From positions 1 through 64,000 of the forward strand of contig NMRA01000386.1 in assembly GCA_002633005.1 (NCBI GenBank): a stretch of 64,000 bases of DNA, in the 5' to 3' direction. The notes below the pieces were generated by a model. That model was not told where the DNA came from. It saw nothing but the letters and a program-made list of their open reading frames with translations, and did no database searches. The stretch comes from Phoronis australis. Lineage: Eukaryota > Animalia > Phoronida. How positions within the stretch are numbered: the first letter of the stretch is position 1; the number at the start of each line of letters is the position of its first letter. This document shows positions 51,201 to 64,000 of the stretch, piece after piece. The position numbers and the translations under genes are program-made.

Positions 51201-54200
51201 ATATTCGTTGCAAAAACGTGAAGTGACGTATTTATTGGTACAGATTTTTGTTCCCTTAACACCTACGGAAGGCAATGGGAGACGACATCACCAGTCTTGC
51301 CTCTTTGTAATGGTAACCGCTAAGTCCGTTTGCCTCTGCAAGGAGGTAAACGCTTCCACTTTTCGCAGGGACGGGAAAAGAATGTGAACTTGCTGTACGT
51401 GTCTACAAAAGAAAGTGTCTAGAAATGAGATTTGTTGCTTAAGTCAACAAAATGAAGAATTTAACAATTTTATACTAAAAAGAAGACTAATTAGACTGGT
51501 GAATAATTACAACAATGACCCTCATATTGGCACCTAAAAATTGAATTTGCTATTCTTGTTTTTCAGAGAAATGTGCATATTCTTGTTGTTGATTCCACAC
51601 GGATTGCATCCCAAAACTCTAATTATCTGTCGTTATTAACCCTCCAAGGCAGGCCTTGTTGTCACGAGGCTCCAGCATGATATCATGAATACGCAATAAT
51701 TTATAGAAACAGCATAGCAGCTTTGGCGTTTCGATTTTGTTAGAATCAATGGTGTTCGTTCCGTTTGAATCCAGCATGCCTATTCACCACTTGTTATTTG
51801 GTAAAATGAATTCACCCCAATTACGTTGCTTTGTCGTGAAGCTTGTTTTCGTCGTTTTTACTTGGGGAAATGCCATTTCTGAAGGTATATTGGTGTGTTG
51901 TGAAGTGAAACATTGGAAGTCGCCCTCATTGTTGTTGTCAACGTCGTTGGCGAGTTTTTTGTCGAAAAATTTCAGTTGCCGTGTATCAAGGGCGATGTCG
52001 TGGTGTTCGATGAAGTCCTTAGTATCACAGGTTGTGTTCAAGCAGGAAAGACATCATCTTCAGCAACCGTGATCGTCCTTGTTACTATTGCCTTCATGAT
52101 ATATGTTATCTTATGCAACCAGTTTCGCTAGGAGGTGTTGCTCCTTATTTAAGCAGTATCCATCATTAATGCAGTCATGTTCATGATCAACACCGTCAGC
52201 ACTTGTTGACCCAGTGTCCAGGCATCATCTTTTTGACGATATCATCAATGCTTTTTCAGTGCAGTCGTCATCAGCGATGTCTTGGTCATTGTCGATAATG
52301 CGACAAATGATTTTTTTACTCCAAGCCCGTTGCTTTATCATCAAGTTTTTCTTATACGCACGCTACAGATTTTTGCATGTCTTTTTTAATCAGGGAGAAA
52401 TTCTCACACCAAATTTTCAGAATATGGACTGACACCAAGGTACCTAAAGTACAAGGTTCACGGACTCATAAACACGGTCACGGACTGATGAACACGATTC
52501 ACAGACCTGCAAACACCGTCCACTGACTTAAGAGCACGGGAACAGACCCACAAAACACGATCCATTCACCCAATTATCAGGGGACATGGACTCATATTCA
52601 CGAGGAAACACGGTTAACGGACCGCCAAACACGGGTCACGGACTCATCGGCTTCCTGGGTCAGCTGATATCTACATTTTGTCCGTAAACCGTGGTTGGCG
52701 GTCCATTAACCGCGTTTCTTCGTGGATGTAAGTCCGTGTCCGTGTATTTTGGTAAATGGATCATATTTCGTGAGTTCGTTTCCGTGTTTGTTAGTCAGTG
52801 GACGGTGTTTGCAGGTCCGTGGGTGGTGTTAATGTGTTCGTGACCGTGTTTAGGACGCGGTTAATCCTGCAGTTTAGGTGCCTTGGACACTGTTTTAATT
52901 GTATTGTTTTGTTTCGTTGTTCTGTTTAATTGGCATGACCCCTGAGAAGTACAGTGGTGATGTAATTTGCTTATTACAATATAGTGTGGAACTTTCTAGA
53001 AGACTCTAGTAATTAATGCAGTCTAGCATATTTCAGAGACTAGTTCATGTTTGTAGAATGATTGGGTAGATTCTGGAAAGTTCTGGCATGTGCTTGAATT
53101 GATGAAAAGTTCTAGAACGAAAAGCACGTAAGCAGTTAAAGAGTTGCAGTGAAGAGAACCAGCAGTTACAAAGAGAGTCAATAGAGAAAGAGTTGCAGTG
53201 AAGAGAACCAGCAGTTACAAAGAGAGTCAATAGAAAACGGCAGGTTTTTTGAATCAGCGAGTGTAGCAGTTGTTGAAGTGTCCCAGAAATTCATCACAAA
53301 TCAAGGCTTCGCAACACTGGCTGCAGCATAAACAGACACCACGTCCCACGTTTTGCTTGAGTGGGCTTGTGAATGTACGACCGAGATTAATAAAAGATAA
53401 ACTCGAACCAGTCTTCAGTCTATCGTCGCACCGAAAGCTATGAGCACCAGTCTGTAACAACCTACGCCCACCCGCACACGGGGAAAACGTGACAAATATG
53501 CGTTTTGTAAATCGTTCAACGCCATTGAATTCCACATGAAGAATTTGGCATACCAAACCAGTGCAAGTGTAAACTTGTCGCTCCGTTGGCCAATGTTATT
53601 TAAGTGGGAGGATACATGACTCTTTGGCTACTCCGTGGCGTGTCTGTTTGCCGTGTCACAAATGCGTTGTTGCCAGTCGACCAAATCTCAGCTGCTCAAT
53701 TGTCAAAGGTTGATGTGGATGGAAACACTGCACCCACCACAACGTGCAAAATTGACGCAAACTCACGCAATATGGAAGGCATTCTATACACGACAGAAAT
53801 ATTCTGACAACACTCAGAGTGTTCACAGGCAAAATGGCAGCCCCTGAAGTGAAAAAATGAGTCGGATGCTGAATCGAAAAAATAAAAACCGTATATTTCC
53901 ATTCATCTTCAAGGATTTTACGATGTATGAGCTGGCGTGTTACTAGCAATAAATTGGTTAAAAACTTACATCCATTAGTTTCCAGTTGAAATCCGCATTT
54001 GGATCGTTATTGAATATGCACCATGTGACATCTTCGAAATCACATGTCAAAGGCAGCTTGGGGCAAGGCAGCGGTCTCATCACAAAACTGTCCAGTGCTA
54101 TGTCGCCTTCGGCCGATATACCTTTAGTTCCAGTGATGACAAGCTACAAAACATCAATGATCGTAACTGAACGTTCTAAAATAAACTAACTGATCCTTGA

Positions 54201-57200
54201 TAAAATAACCTCTTAACAAGCATTTATGTGTACGATACCAGCCTTGCATGTCTGCAGTCCGAAGGCTCTAGTGTCCGTACGTAATATAGAACCTCCGGAT
54301 TACAGAACCTTTGGACCAGAGAGCCTTCGGACTATCCTACCCGAGAACATCCTTTGGACTGTAGAACCTGTTAATGCATTTACACTGGTAGTTCTTCCTT
54401 TTTCATTTATTTTACACAGTTCGTGTTATTTTGGTGCTCATTTCAGCCCACCATAATTTCTTTGTGTAACGTGACCTCTCCCCCATGCTCGCTGTAGGAC
54501 AGTTTTTTATAACAGCAAGTCATTGGGCTACAAGATGTGTAGTACTGAGATATTCAATCAGAGTTTTCGAGAGACACCACACCATCATCTCCGTATCCCA
54601 CCATGTATAAATCGGACTTGTATCATCACTGTTACCTCTCTGAGACATTTGCTGGAGGTATTAGTTTATCGTTGATTTTTTGTGAGCTCAATATTCGGTA
54701 TTTAGATTGAAGGTTGTGCGCTTCTTAAAGCCCAGAGTATGTCTGACCTGCTCTCGGAATATCTTCTAGATTGTGTATCTCTTCACTGCGTCTCCAGTTG
54801 ACATAATTTATGATTTTGTATACTAGCCATTTGTGCTGATAGTTCAAATTAAAGAATATTGTACAAGTGAAAAAGTCGCAGGTGAATATTGGACAGTTTA
54901 TATTATTGTTTGAATAGCTAACAATCTTTCTTTCGTGTATTATCATTCGTGCCGTAGTTTGTAAAGCATGAATTGAAGTCAAAAGGCTAGCATTTGTTTT
55001 GTTACAGAAGACTGACTGAGAATTAAACACCACAAAGATACATGGTTGTGCAATCATCAGCTGAGCGCCGTGCTTCCCATTTCGGTCCATTAATCCCAGG
55101 ATCTCTCTACACGGTGGGCACGCAACAGCTGGTAGATGCAGTTGCGTTGCAATTGGCCATTAATTCCTGGATCCATTTTAATAAACTATCGACCGTACGA
55201 TTTTCTACAATACAACGACTGTTATTAATCAAAAAAGCAACTCACTAAACGAAGTCAAACTATAGCGGCCTTATTTTTGATTCGATTTGCATGACAGCTC
55301 TGTAACCCTTGAACTTTGATACACGAAAGTAGTAAACAAACTTCCTTGCGGTTGAGGTGGGTTTGCGAAATCGTTTTTTGTATAGTAAAAATGAAAAATT
55401 TCTAATTTAAATATCTCTAGAAATGAAGATTAAAAATTCATCCAGACAGGCATTCAATAAGCTCCAACAATTACTATTTAGAAGTAAAGTGCTACATGTC
55501 TTTACGAGCTGTAATGAAATGGGACAGTGTATGGCATTTCCGCCATCTTTAGGATTTTAACGACGGTAGCTGCACTGTAGTCAGTCCGTGCCCAGAGCAG
55601 AACGTGCATTTATCTAGGTGAGTTACGCATTACAGTTAGAGCTCACCTATTGTACATGTAGCTGAAAAAGTTATCATTCTCAGGTATCTAAAGCACATAC
55701 ATACACATTTCAGTATGTTTGCACAAACTATTTCACATTGAAGATTTGTTTTATCATTGCTATCACGTCTTTCCTACACTGCAATATTTACGCTTCGGCA
55801 AATGCACAATTATTGCGCAAACTGAGGTGTGTCATGATATAACTGTCAGAATAAATATTGATTAAGTAATAAGTAAGAATAGATCCATTTAAGTGGCCCA
55901 AAATTTGTGCATATGTACTTTTAAATCATGGGGTCAATTTGTTGGCAGGTATTTTAACGTCAAACTCTATTTTTTGATGGTGCTTACTACTTTGGTTCTT
56001 GAGTCAAATAACTCTAGAGACTAGAAATTTCTGACAGCAAATTGTAACAACCAATGATATGAATAGATATTATCACGTGTTTTTTATAAGCCAATCGCTA
56101 TAATATGTGCTGAGGTTAAGAGGATATTCAGATGAACTATAGTAGTTGAATATAAAAGACTCGCTTTAGTGTACAGAGGAAAATGGTACAACAGTGCCAT
56201 CTCGTGGAAGATTCTAAAGAGGATCTTGGTAAGGGCGAGGGTTGAGGAACAGGAAATTAACTAAGAGCTTGTCACTTGCATCGAGGGTAGTAGTAACTCT
56301 ACCCGTAATGTTGGTAATTCGTAGACTCTCTTCAAGAGTATGGCTATGTTAAGACATTTTGTGGTCTTCGGCGTCCCATTTTCGTTAAAGACTATTTAGA
56401 AGTCATAAAGTTAGACTATTTTTTAGTCTTTTAATTGTTTATGTTACTTCGTATTATAAATGCATTTATGCAACTCTTTGCAGGTTTTTGTTCAGAATTT
56501 CTCTATGAAACACGTTTTATTGAGTTTTTCGATTTATGTGTGAGTGTTCTTAAGTTTATGGTATACTGACACTTGTTATTTTTCTCTTTTCTCGGGTTTC
56601 TTATCCTATACGGTACTTTTGACATTTGAATATACTCAGAATTTACTGTTGCTGTACTCTAAGTGTCAAATGACTGCTATTTGGGTAAGGTTTTGGATTT
56701 TTTGTTGCTTCGGAGTGGTAAACATTTTTGCCACATTTGTAGTAGAAAATCTCAATTTCAATGCTGTGACCTTCGCATCCGTTATTGGAGAACATTATAT
56801 TTTTCTCAAAATTACATGTTGATAAAATTGCTTAAAAATAACTTTGCTAATATTGAAATAACATACATAGTGGCTCTTGAAAATTTTATTTTTCGATTCA
56901 TTCTTTATTGAAGGAGACAATCCTTGGTGCGTTTAATACATGCAAGCTCAACACGTTACATTTGTACCTACCTTAGTTTTTTCGTTCGTCGACAGGTTTA
57001 TTTCAGAGAATTGCCATGACGTGCTCTGGTGACCTGACTTTTGGAACAAATTGGTCTCGATTCCACTCTTCGTCACCATATTCAACAGAAGGCTCCCCAT
57101 ACGTCTAGAACCCTTCATATGCCATTTGAAGGAAAAACAATAATCACCAGCTGAAACAAAATCATTCAAGTAGCTAGTAGTTTATCCAGAAAGCGAAGAA

Positions 57201-60200
57201 CATTTCACACACAAGGACCAAGCTTTACAATTGACAAGCTTCAAGCATGTAATATGACTGTAAGACGTACTAAACCTTTCGTAAACTGAGTCAAAACTTA
57301 GTAAATCGCTGAAGTGTTTCGCCTATTGTTGCAGAATCGTCTGCCTACTACAGCAAATTGAAGACTGACCTGCACCACCGTACATGTACGCTATCTTTGA
57401 TTCAATAATGTCTATTCAAGAAAGGTGGTTCACACACTGCACTGAAAATATAATCTCTTTCCGTTTTAGTGCGTCGTTGGTCAGTACGGAGAAAGAAAAT
57501 GTGTCTGATCAGAATGTCCGTTGTCTCCGTAATTCTCACAGCTAAGTGATCTCAGTCAATTAAAATCTTGAATATCAGCATGTGGATGGTCAAATCTTGA
57601 TTTACGAAGTAGCCGGGTTTTCCGAGTAAATTCACTTGCAACGAGTCTTCATTTAGTGTCTTCAAAGTCTCACCCACTGTTAAAAGTGAAGTTTACTATA
57701 ATCAATTCATTGTTTGAGACCTATTTTATTGCAAACGTGACAAGAACTAAAGCGAAAACTTAGTCTAAATTATATTATTGTTAAATGTTTCTAGATAGAG
57801 AGTCTTTGAAACATTAACTAAAGCTTGGTTTCTGTTTACGTCTTAAGTTAAAAATTTGTATGTAGACTCGCTTTAGCAAACCATACTGACTCGACTAATA
57901 GATATGCGTTGTTTAGAAATTGCAAAAGTGTTTTTTTAAGTGATATACATTGTGAACTAGCACGCGTAAGGTACTTTTACCTACTGAAACCTTGAGTCAA
58001 CTTTATACAAAACCTCCCTGGTTGCCTAGTTGCCTTTCACAGCTATCATGTTAGTTTTGAGCAACAAACGGCCCTAAACCACGGGCGACATTATTGTGCT
58101 GAATAAGGTCTTCAGTCTATGAAAGCAACTACTTTTGAAATATGTGATGCTACAGAGGCAGACGTAAAAAAGCAAATTGCCGTTGGAAGGCACACCTGTA
58201 GTCGAATCCGCGCATCTGACGTCAGGTTAAAAGGAATAGACTTGACAAATTGTGATCTCGCATGGGTTTTTTTGGATACAGCTGCAGATGCGAAAAAATC
58301 ACTACGGGGCGGTTTCCGTAGGATCTTCTTCAAATCCACGGCAGTCATGTTCATCCCAGTAAGTTCAAATCATAATGGCCTTCTAAACAGTTTAGCAGAT
58401 GCAATAGCAGATGGCAAAAGGGGACTCAAAAATAATTGACATGGCCACTAGGTGGCGCGGAATACGTCGAATCCATTACCGTCTATTTCCGTGTCATTTT
58501 ACTTTTTTGCGGCCAAAGGGGGCACAGGGGCGGATCCTGGATTTCGAGTCAGAGGGCGAGGGCAGACTAGTAGCCAGGATTTTGCCAATCAGACATTAGC
58601 TCTCCTCTAAATCCGCTACTGTGGCAGAACCCTTGCCTGTAACCTTATATAGGGGGCCAATTGAGATGGAACTCGGCCAGAATAATCATTAGATGGCTTT
58701 TTAGTCATACGCGTAGCGCTTGCGACGATGAAACTGTTCGAACCGTCATATTCTGAGAAAATACAAAGGACACCTTCAGAACGTACTGGTCTATGCATAG
58801 GCTGATCCAGGGGTTTAAGGGTCCGGACCCCCTCTTCCTGTGGGAATGTTAGTGATATCAAATCTATAATTTTCAAATTGTTGACCCAGGCCCTCCATTT
58901 AAATATCGTTGATCCGAACCTCCCTTTAAAAATTCTAGTTTCCCCCTGTTACGCTTGATCTTGTGTCGTCTTAAAACTGAGTACTGAAAATGATCTGTTC
59001 CCGCTCTAAAACTGCACACCACAGCGTCATATCGTACAAGTCTGCCATATTTTATAGTATTAAACCTGGATCCGACCAAGTCCAAAGTTAAACCTGGTTT
59101 AAGATCTTAATAAAGGTCTAAGTAATATATACCTAGTTTGTGAAATGAAAACTGACTTAGACCAGTTCTAAACTAGAGCTAAACCAGATTTTACTAAACC
59201 ACTGTTCTAAAAGTTAAACCACCTTTATGAAATGTACATTATCTTTAAACCTGGTCTAAGTCCACTTTAAACCAGATTTAACTTTAAACCACCTTTATGA
59301 AATCGCCTGCTGTAGTTGGATTGTTTTGAAACTCGTCGGTATCAGTTATAATCTCTGCAGAAACATATCTGCCAAATTCGACAAAGATTCTCTAAAAAGC
59401 GAGGAAGATACAGTTGCAAACGCAAAAAACTTGCTTGTCAACAGGGGTCGCCAGAGTAGTCGAACACCTTTGAAAATCAGTGGCAGCCGCGGTCATGAGA
59501 AACGCATCTGCATTGAGTGGTCTGGCAGATAGGAAAGTGAACGCGAAAAACGTTATCAAAATCAATTTAAAGTGCCACCAGCTGGCGCAAAATGCGTCAA
59601 ATCCAAGACAGTATTCGAACTCGTTCAAAAAAATTATGTTCGCCGCTGTCTTCTCATCAACAAAACATCCGCCAACTTTCATAATCATCCTTTATGTGGT
59701 TTGGCGGAGAGGAAGGAGGACGTCATAAACCTACCCAGTTTTTTTAAACTGTCACCACGTGCCGCAGAATACGCAAAATTCTTCCCAAAACGGGAATGCG
59801 TCACCGTTTCCTGCAGAGAAGCATATGTGCTAAATTTCGAAATCTATCAAGCAGCTCTAAAGGTAAACGAAAGAAATAAAATTGTTATAAGGGGACAGAA
59901 TGGTAGTTTTCAGCTTCACAGAAACAAATCTGCCAAATCTCATAGATTGTGATTGTGCAAGGAATGTGGGGGATACTGCCGCGGAGCACAGACGCCGGAC
60001 TCCCGGAAGCCAGGGCGCCCAGAGAGGGATAACTACAATATGTACCTGCATAGAAATCAGCGTAGCGTTATAAATGGAGTGGAGCAAGCACGTGCATTAA
60101 ATATTGTGGGACAGTGTAGAATGTGATGACTCAACACAGGCATGAAGCACATGTCTCAGAATTGCAATCTGAATTATACTAGCTGAAAACATTGTTAGGA

Positions 60201-60361
60201 CAATGGAAAACTGTCCAATATGGAACATCATACGTACCCGGAAAGTGGCTGGTGGAAATTGTGGCTTTGGCGAAGTTTGAAACTGAGGACACTTCCGTGT
60301 AGATGTAACGCGTATTCTGGTCTCCGGCGTCAGGACCTGTGCCTCCGGTTGGAGTGCTACC
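45130..60361 (-). CDS. Multi-MAM-domain protein, 3' part (5' end outside window or not located), with proximal terminal cassette A
   Basis: Exons 60361-60238, 57150-56972, 54143-53970, 51402-51267, 47819-47644 and 45216-45130 are all phase-compatible. MAM motifs: [41 protein letters not shown]...[28 protein letters not shown]. Confidence 0.88.
47644..47819 (-). CDS. MAM penultimate exon, cassette A
   Basis: (P)[58 protein letters not shown]; ttacAG acceptor and GTAGGG donor; 176 nt. Confidence 0.88.
48010..50000 (-). mobile_element. 5'-truncated copy of the same LINE family
   Basis: Colinear with about 38755-40845, including the 3' UTR stem taacccaga...tctgggtta; GVPQGSVLG retained, and the catalytic motif reads YGDD; several deletions. 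Confidence 0.92.
51267..51402 (-). CDS. MAM-domain exon (single copy, upstream of both terminal cassettes)
   Basis: [45 protein letters not shown]; ttttgtAG acceptor and GTAGGT donor; phase 0/1. Confidence 0.8.
52431..52890. mobile_element. Foldback-like palindromic element
   Basis: Imperfect inverted arms of about 210 bp (ccaaggtacctaaa... / ...tttaggtgccttgg) built of aaacacggt.acggac subrepeats. Confidence 0.8.
52972..53494 (+). mobile_element. Probable solo LTR, same family as 13742-14312
   Basis: Colinear 3' half, ends GTGACA; internal direct duplication of about 49 bp (aaagagttgcagtgaagagaaccagcagttacaaagagagtcaataga) at about 53138-53235. Confidence 0.6.
53970..54143 (-). CDS. Exon spanning end of one MAM domain and start of the next
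   Basis: [58 protein letters not shown]; ttttgtAG acceptor and GTAAGT donor. Confidence 0.9.
56972..57150 (-). CDS. MAM-domain exon
   Basis: (A)[59 protein letters not shown]; phase 1/0. Confidence 0.88.
58090..60050 (+). mobile_element. Degenerate relative of the 34795-36610 element, interrupted by MITEs
   Basis: Shared subunit words (atggccactaggtggcgc 58441, gtgccaccagctggcgcaaaa about 59572, gaagatacag) and a similar 3' tail cagacgccggac at about 59990. Confidence 0.55.
59060..59305. repeat. Repeat-rich MITE-like segment
   Basis: Multiple taaacctggt / taaaccag words and a duplicated aaaccacctttatgaaat. Confidence 0.5.
60238..60361 (-). CDS. MAM-domain exon
   Basis: [41 protein letters not shown]; tttccAG acceptor and GTACGT donor; phase 0/1. 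Confidence 0.88.
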
Positions 60362-63300
60362 CTGGAAATAGAACTAGTTGCTCATAGCGCTTGGATTGGC
60401 ATGCTTAGGCTCAATACTCGATTTATGAACCAAATAACTTTTATACAAATTTTAACTTTTGAAATTACTTACGATTTCATGTTATTCATGTAAATGTATA
60501 ACCATACTAGTTATACATGTGTATAACAAATTTCAAGACCGGTAGTACATAAAGTAATACTTTAAGTGAGAGTAACAGTAGAACAGCGTCCGAGAGAACA
60601 GTTGAAATTGCCGTCTGCGTTCACTGATATCGGTCATGTCCCAAACTAACGTATTCAGTGTTATAAGAATTTGCTTTGCTTTTTTAATATTGTGGTATAC
60701 CACGGTTTTATCAATCATCAAAACCGTCCCGCTCCTAATGGACACGGTTTGACGGAACGACACTCAGCGAAATAAACTAGACGTATGAGCACAGAAATGA
60801 CGACGAAGACAAGTGCGATCTCATAGACCACGACATCGCCACCCAACATGTCAAAAACACCAAAAGTGTAGCCAGCCAGACCGGAAGTGTTTGGTGGCCA
60901 TACTTATGCACCCACACCCGCGACAACGTTGTTGACGAGAAACCACGGTAGAAAACATAAATGATTTCGGCCTGATGAACTTTTGTTGTCATCATCATCA
61001 AACACTGAAGACGAACTTAAGAAAGAAACAGAGGCTTGTAGCAAAATTTCAATCGGCAAAGTAACCGATAAACTTTAGAGGACTCAGTTGAAGAGGCAAT
61101 CTAATCGCGTAGCGCTGGGGAGATCAATCATTATTTCAATTTTTATAAAGATCTGACAAATGACACCGGAGTTACGATTCTGAAAAGTGGAATTTTAAAA
61201 CAGTTGTCGTTGCAGAGCCACGTTACATATGAGTCAATATTTAATTTAACAATTGTCGAAACAAGTCGTTTATGTCAGGTCAGCTCAACTGAAAATGTTG
61301 TACTTGTCCTGCAAAAGAAAGTATGGTCTAGAACCCCTAATGTTTTTATGCCGGAAGCAGATGCTGCATGCATGCAAGCGTGCCATCGTACAATCCTAGT
61401 CATCAGCTCCTCACGACCATTTGGGTAACGGTGTAAGTCGTACCGACAAATGAAAGACACATTCCAGAAAGCACTTGATGAGATCATACACCACATCTGA
61501 GAAATCTTTAAAGGAACGCGGACTTAGAGCTCCACAAATGAAAAAAAATAAAAAAGGGATGTAAAAGCGACATCTAATAGTCCATTTGGAGCAAATTTCT
61601 GATGAATAGTGTGTAAATTTTAGGATATACTAACAAAAGAAAAGCGAAGAGTCGGTCATCAAGTGAACACCCGTAAAATCAGAAATCTCGAGCAACTTGA
61701 GAACAGAAAGTTAGATCGAGCAACGGGTGATAGCCCGCGATGAGAAATGTCCACTTACAAAGTAACCAAGAAATCTTTCAAGGGAAGCTGGGTGTGCGAC
61801 ACGCGATACCAATAAATGAAATAGAAGTCCACAAAAACTTGGGACAAAAAGTAATTTAGATTCATGGATTTCTTGACAAGATGTATTCACATGTCAACTT
61901 TTAAAAAGATTCCTGAAAGGACCTCCGACATAGATCCCCGCGAGGCCAAATTTTGAAAATGGCCACCGAAGCGCACTCTTTTATCGAATTCCGAAGATTG
62001 ATATCGCATCAAAATTTCGTTGCCGCTTAACGAGATATGTGACCTGTAACGTGCATTCACCAGATCAACAACTTGGAGAATTTGATTTCATTTTGAAATG
62101 TAAAAACTTGAGAAAGCAAGCAACCTCACCTCGCGATAGAGGAACATACTTGACAAATTTCATTTTGTATGTAATGATAAGTGATATTTACACCTCCACT
62201 TGCAAGGAAACCTTCCTATCGCGTAGAGTCCAAGGCATATACCGTTTGCACAGACGACCACAAGCATAATCATTGATCTATCTACTCAAATATAGCGAAT
62301 GGTTGTCTGATAACATTTGACACACGTACATGTATGTTAAGACCCAAGCGTTTCAGAAACTTAAAACCCCATTTAACGGTAGTCTGACACTTGTATTCTT
62401 ACACATGGCAATAGAAAAACCCAAATAAAACCACTTAGAAGTATTTAATATTCGGAGAGTTGATATGCACCCAAAATGTGCATTGCATACATCACAGATA
62501 CTAGGGGTTAAAAGGAAATTTGCAAAAAAAACTTGCCAACAGGAACGTAATTGTCACCTTGTGATTCTTCAGCCAGTTTGCAGGAAGAGCCAAATGCTTT
62601 TAAAAGGAGGCAGATGCTTTCAGTCCCGTGATGATAACTTATATAATGAACGTTCATCAAGGAACTTTGAAGAAATCAGATGCGAAGGAAAATGCAACAT
62701 TAATGCAAGATGTACTCTCTGCCATAGAAGCACATGCAAAATTCCACGGAAATCCACCCAGATATATTTTATATCAATTAGCTGAAACCTGGTTGGTATT
62801 GAGACACAGGCAAAAACGCAATTGCCACCAGGAGTGCCATAGCGGTCATGCCCGGTCAGTCTTGCTGTTTACAAAAGTGGTATGCATGCCATTTTCTATG
62901 AAATATTCCAGTCATTCTAGGGCTCTAGACGGCCCAACCTAGAAAGAATTGCAACAGATTTTTTTTTAACATTCCTTCGAGCCCGGAAAAAAGTCAACCG
63001 AAATCGGAAGTTTGCTTTTTAAGATGGCGAAACCGGTGTTTACTGCCTTCTAGCATGTTACTCTGATGCAACAGCTGAAAATAAAACATTTAAGTTTGTT
63101 TTTGATTATATACTTTTCATAAAAGGCATACCAATCAAAAGAGTCTAATTTTCCGTAAAATAAAACCAATATGACTGACAAATTGGTGGCTGACATGGCA
63201 TTTTTTACAATTTGCCAGATTTCTCTTTATATTTTGCCCTGAAGATTACAAAATTTCTATGATTTTTTAAGTTAGACAATTGAAAATATTTGGACCTTAC

Positions 63301-64000
63301 AGTTGGTCTCTAGTTGGAGAGAAAAAATCAAGATGGCTGACAAAATAGCGGCAAACTTACAAAACCCCAATTTACAACATGTACACGACGTACGTTCTGC
63401 AAGTTCATTTGTAACCTGAAAGGGTTTATACAAAAACGTTTTACAATCTATAGTCAGGCTTAATGAGTTGATTGTTTATATAATTTGTTTTTAAGATTTA
63501 GGTAATGAATGTGGAATTTTAATCACATAATGAGCTGTAGGAATTCTTTCTCAGTTGAAGGAGATTAGTTGCTTAAATACTGATCGATTGATCAGACTGA
63601 GAATTACTAATTCGGACAGACTTGTAACATCACTAAAGAGAAGCCTAGTGGGATCTGTAAAAGCCCTTATAAACTGATTATATTGCTACACATACCTTGA
63701 TAAACCTTTCTCCTGTATCAACTGTTGCTGTATTCACTAGCATTTACAACTAACTGGAGGTGACACAGACGGTCAACTGGTGTGAATAGTAGATCGCATT
63801 TCTCAGGAGGAAACTGACCGTTTAGTCCACGCGAACCTGATATTTTTTAACCACAGAAGTTATTATTCGTTAAACAATCTTGAAAATTGTAGTCGTAATC
63901 ATTAGAGCCAGACAAAAATTATTGTGAGGGTCGTGCTGACCTAAAAAACTCAGGAAATGAAATATGTAACGATGACGTGTCTGTGGAATCTGAAATTCTT

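Noticed and set aside
51737-52432. Asp/Asn-rich coding-like stretch
   Set aside because: Frames are broken, no splice-compatible exon, no motif recognised; possibly decayed TE sequence.
60777-61001. ORF with a hydrophobic segment
   Set aside because: No MAM or other motif; does not supply the expected CDFE...W exon.

Overview
Intron-rich, AT-rich eukaryotic DNA, apparently from an invertebrate animal (inferred from gene families, GT-AG introns and TE types). Most ORFs in the supplied track are spurious; the real genes are spliced. (1) 3' end of a TRPC-like channel on + (3 exons, 1-3833). (2) A nearly complete PLAT+catalytic lipoxygenase on - (10 phase-compatible exons, 21496-6186, about 674 codons) convergent with the TRP gene, plus a decayed inverted partial copy of it at about 27900-30200. 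(3) 3' part of a multi-MAM-domain gene on - (60361 down to 45130) whose last two coding exons are tandemly duplicated (36900-32283). Both cassettes are intact and phase-compatible with one shared upstream exon. By hand count they differ at 41 of 86 residues but at only 4 silent positions among the 45 conserved codons, suggesting alternative, diversifying C-termini; this is the top candidate for an undescribed system. Mobile DNA includes two CR1/L2-type LINE copies (the longer with a 2A/StopGo motif), a Helentron/DINE-like element carrying about 11 co-oriented CTCF-consensus-like motifs at about 145-bp spacing, a Penelope 3' remnant, two solo LTRs and many MITEs. All alignments and counts were done by eye, and repeat boundaries are approximate.
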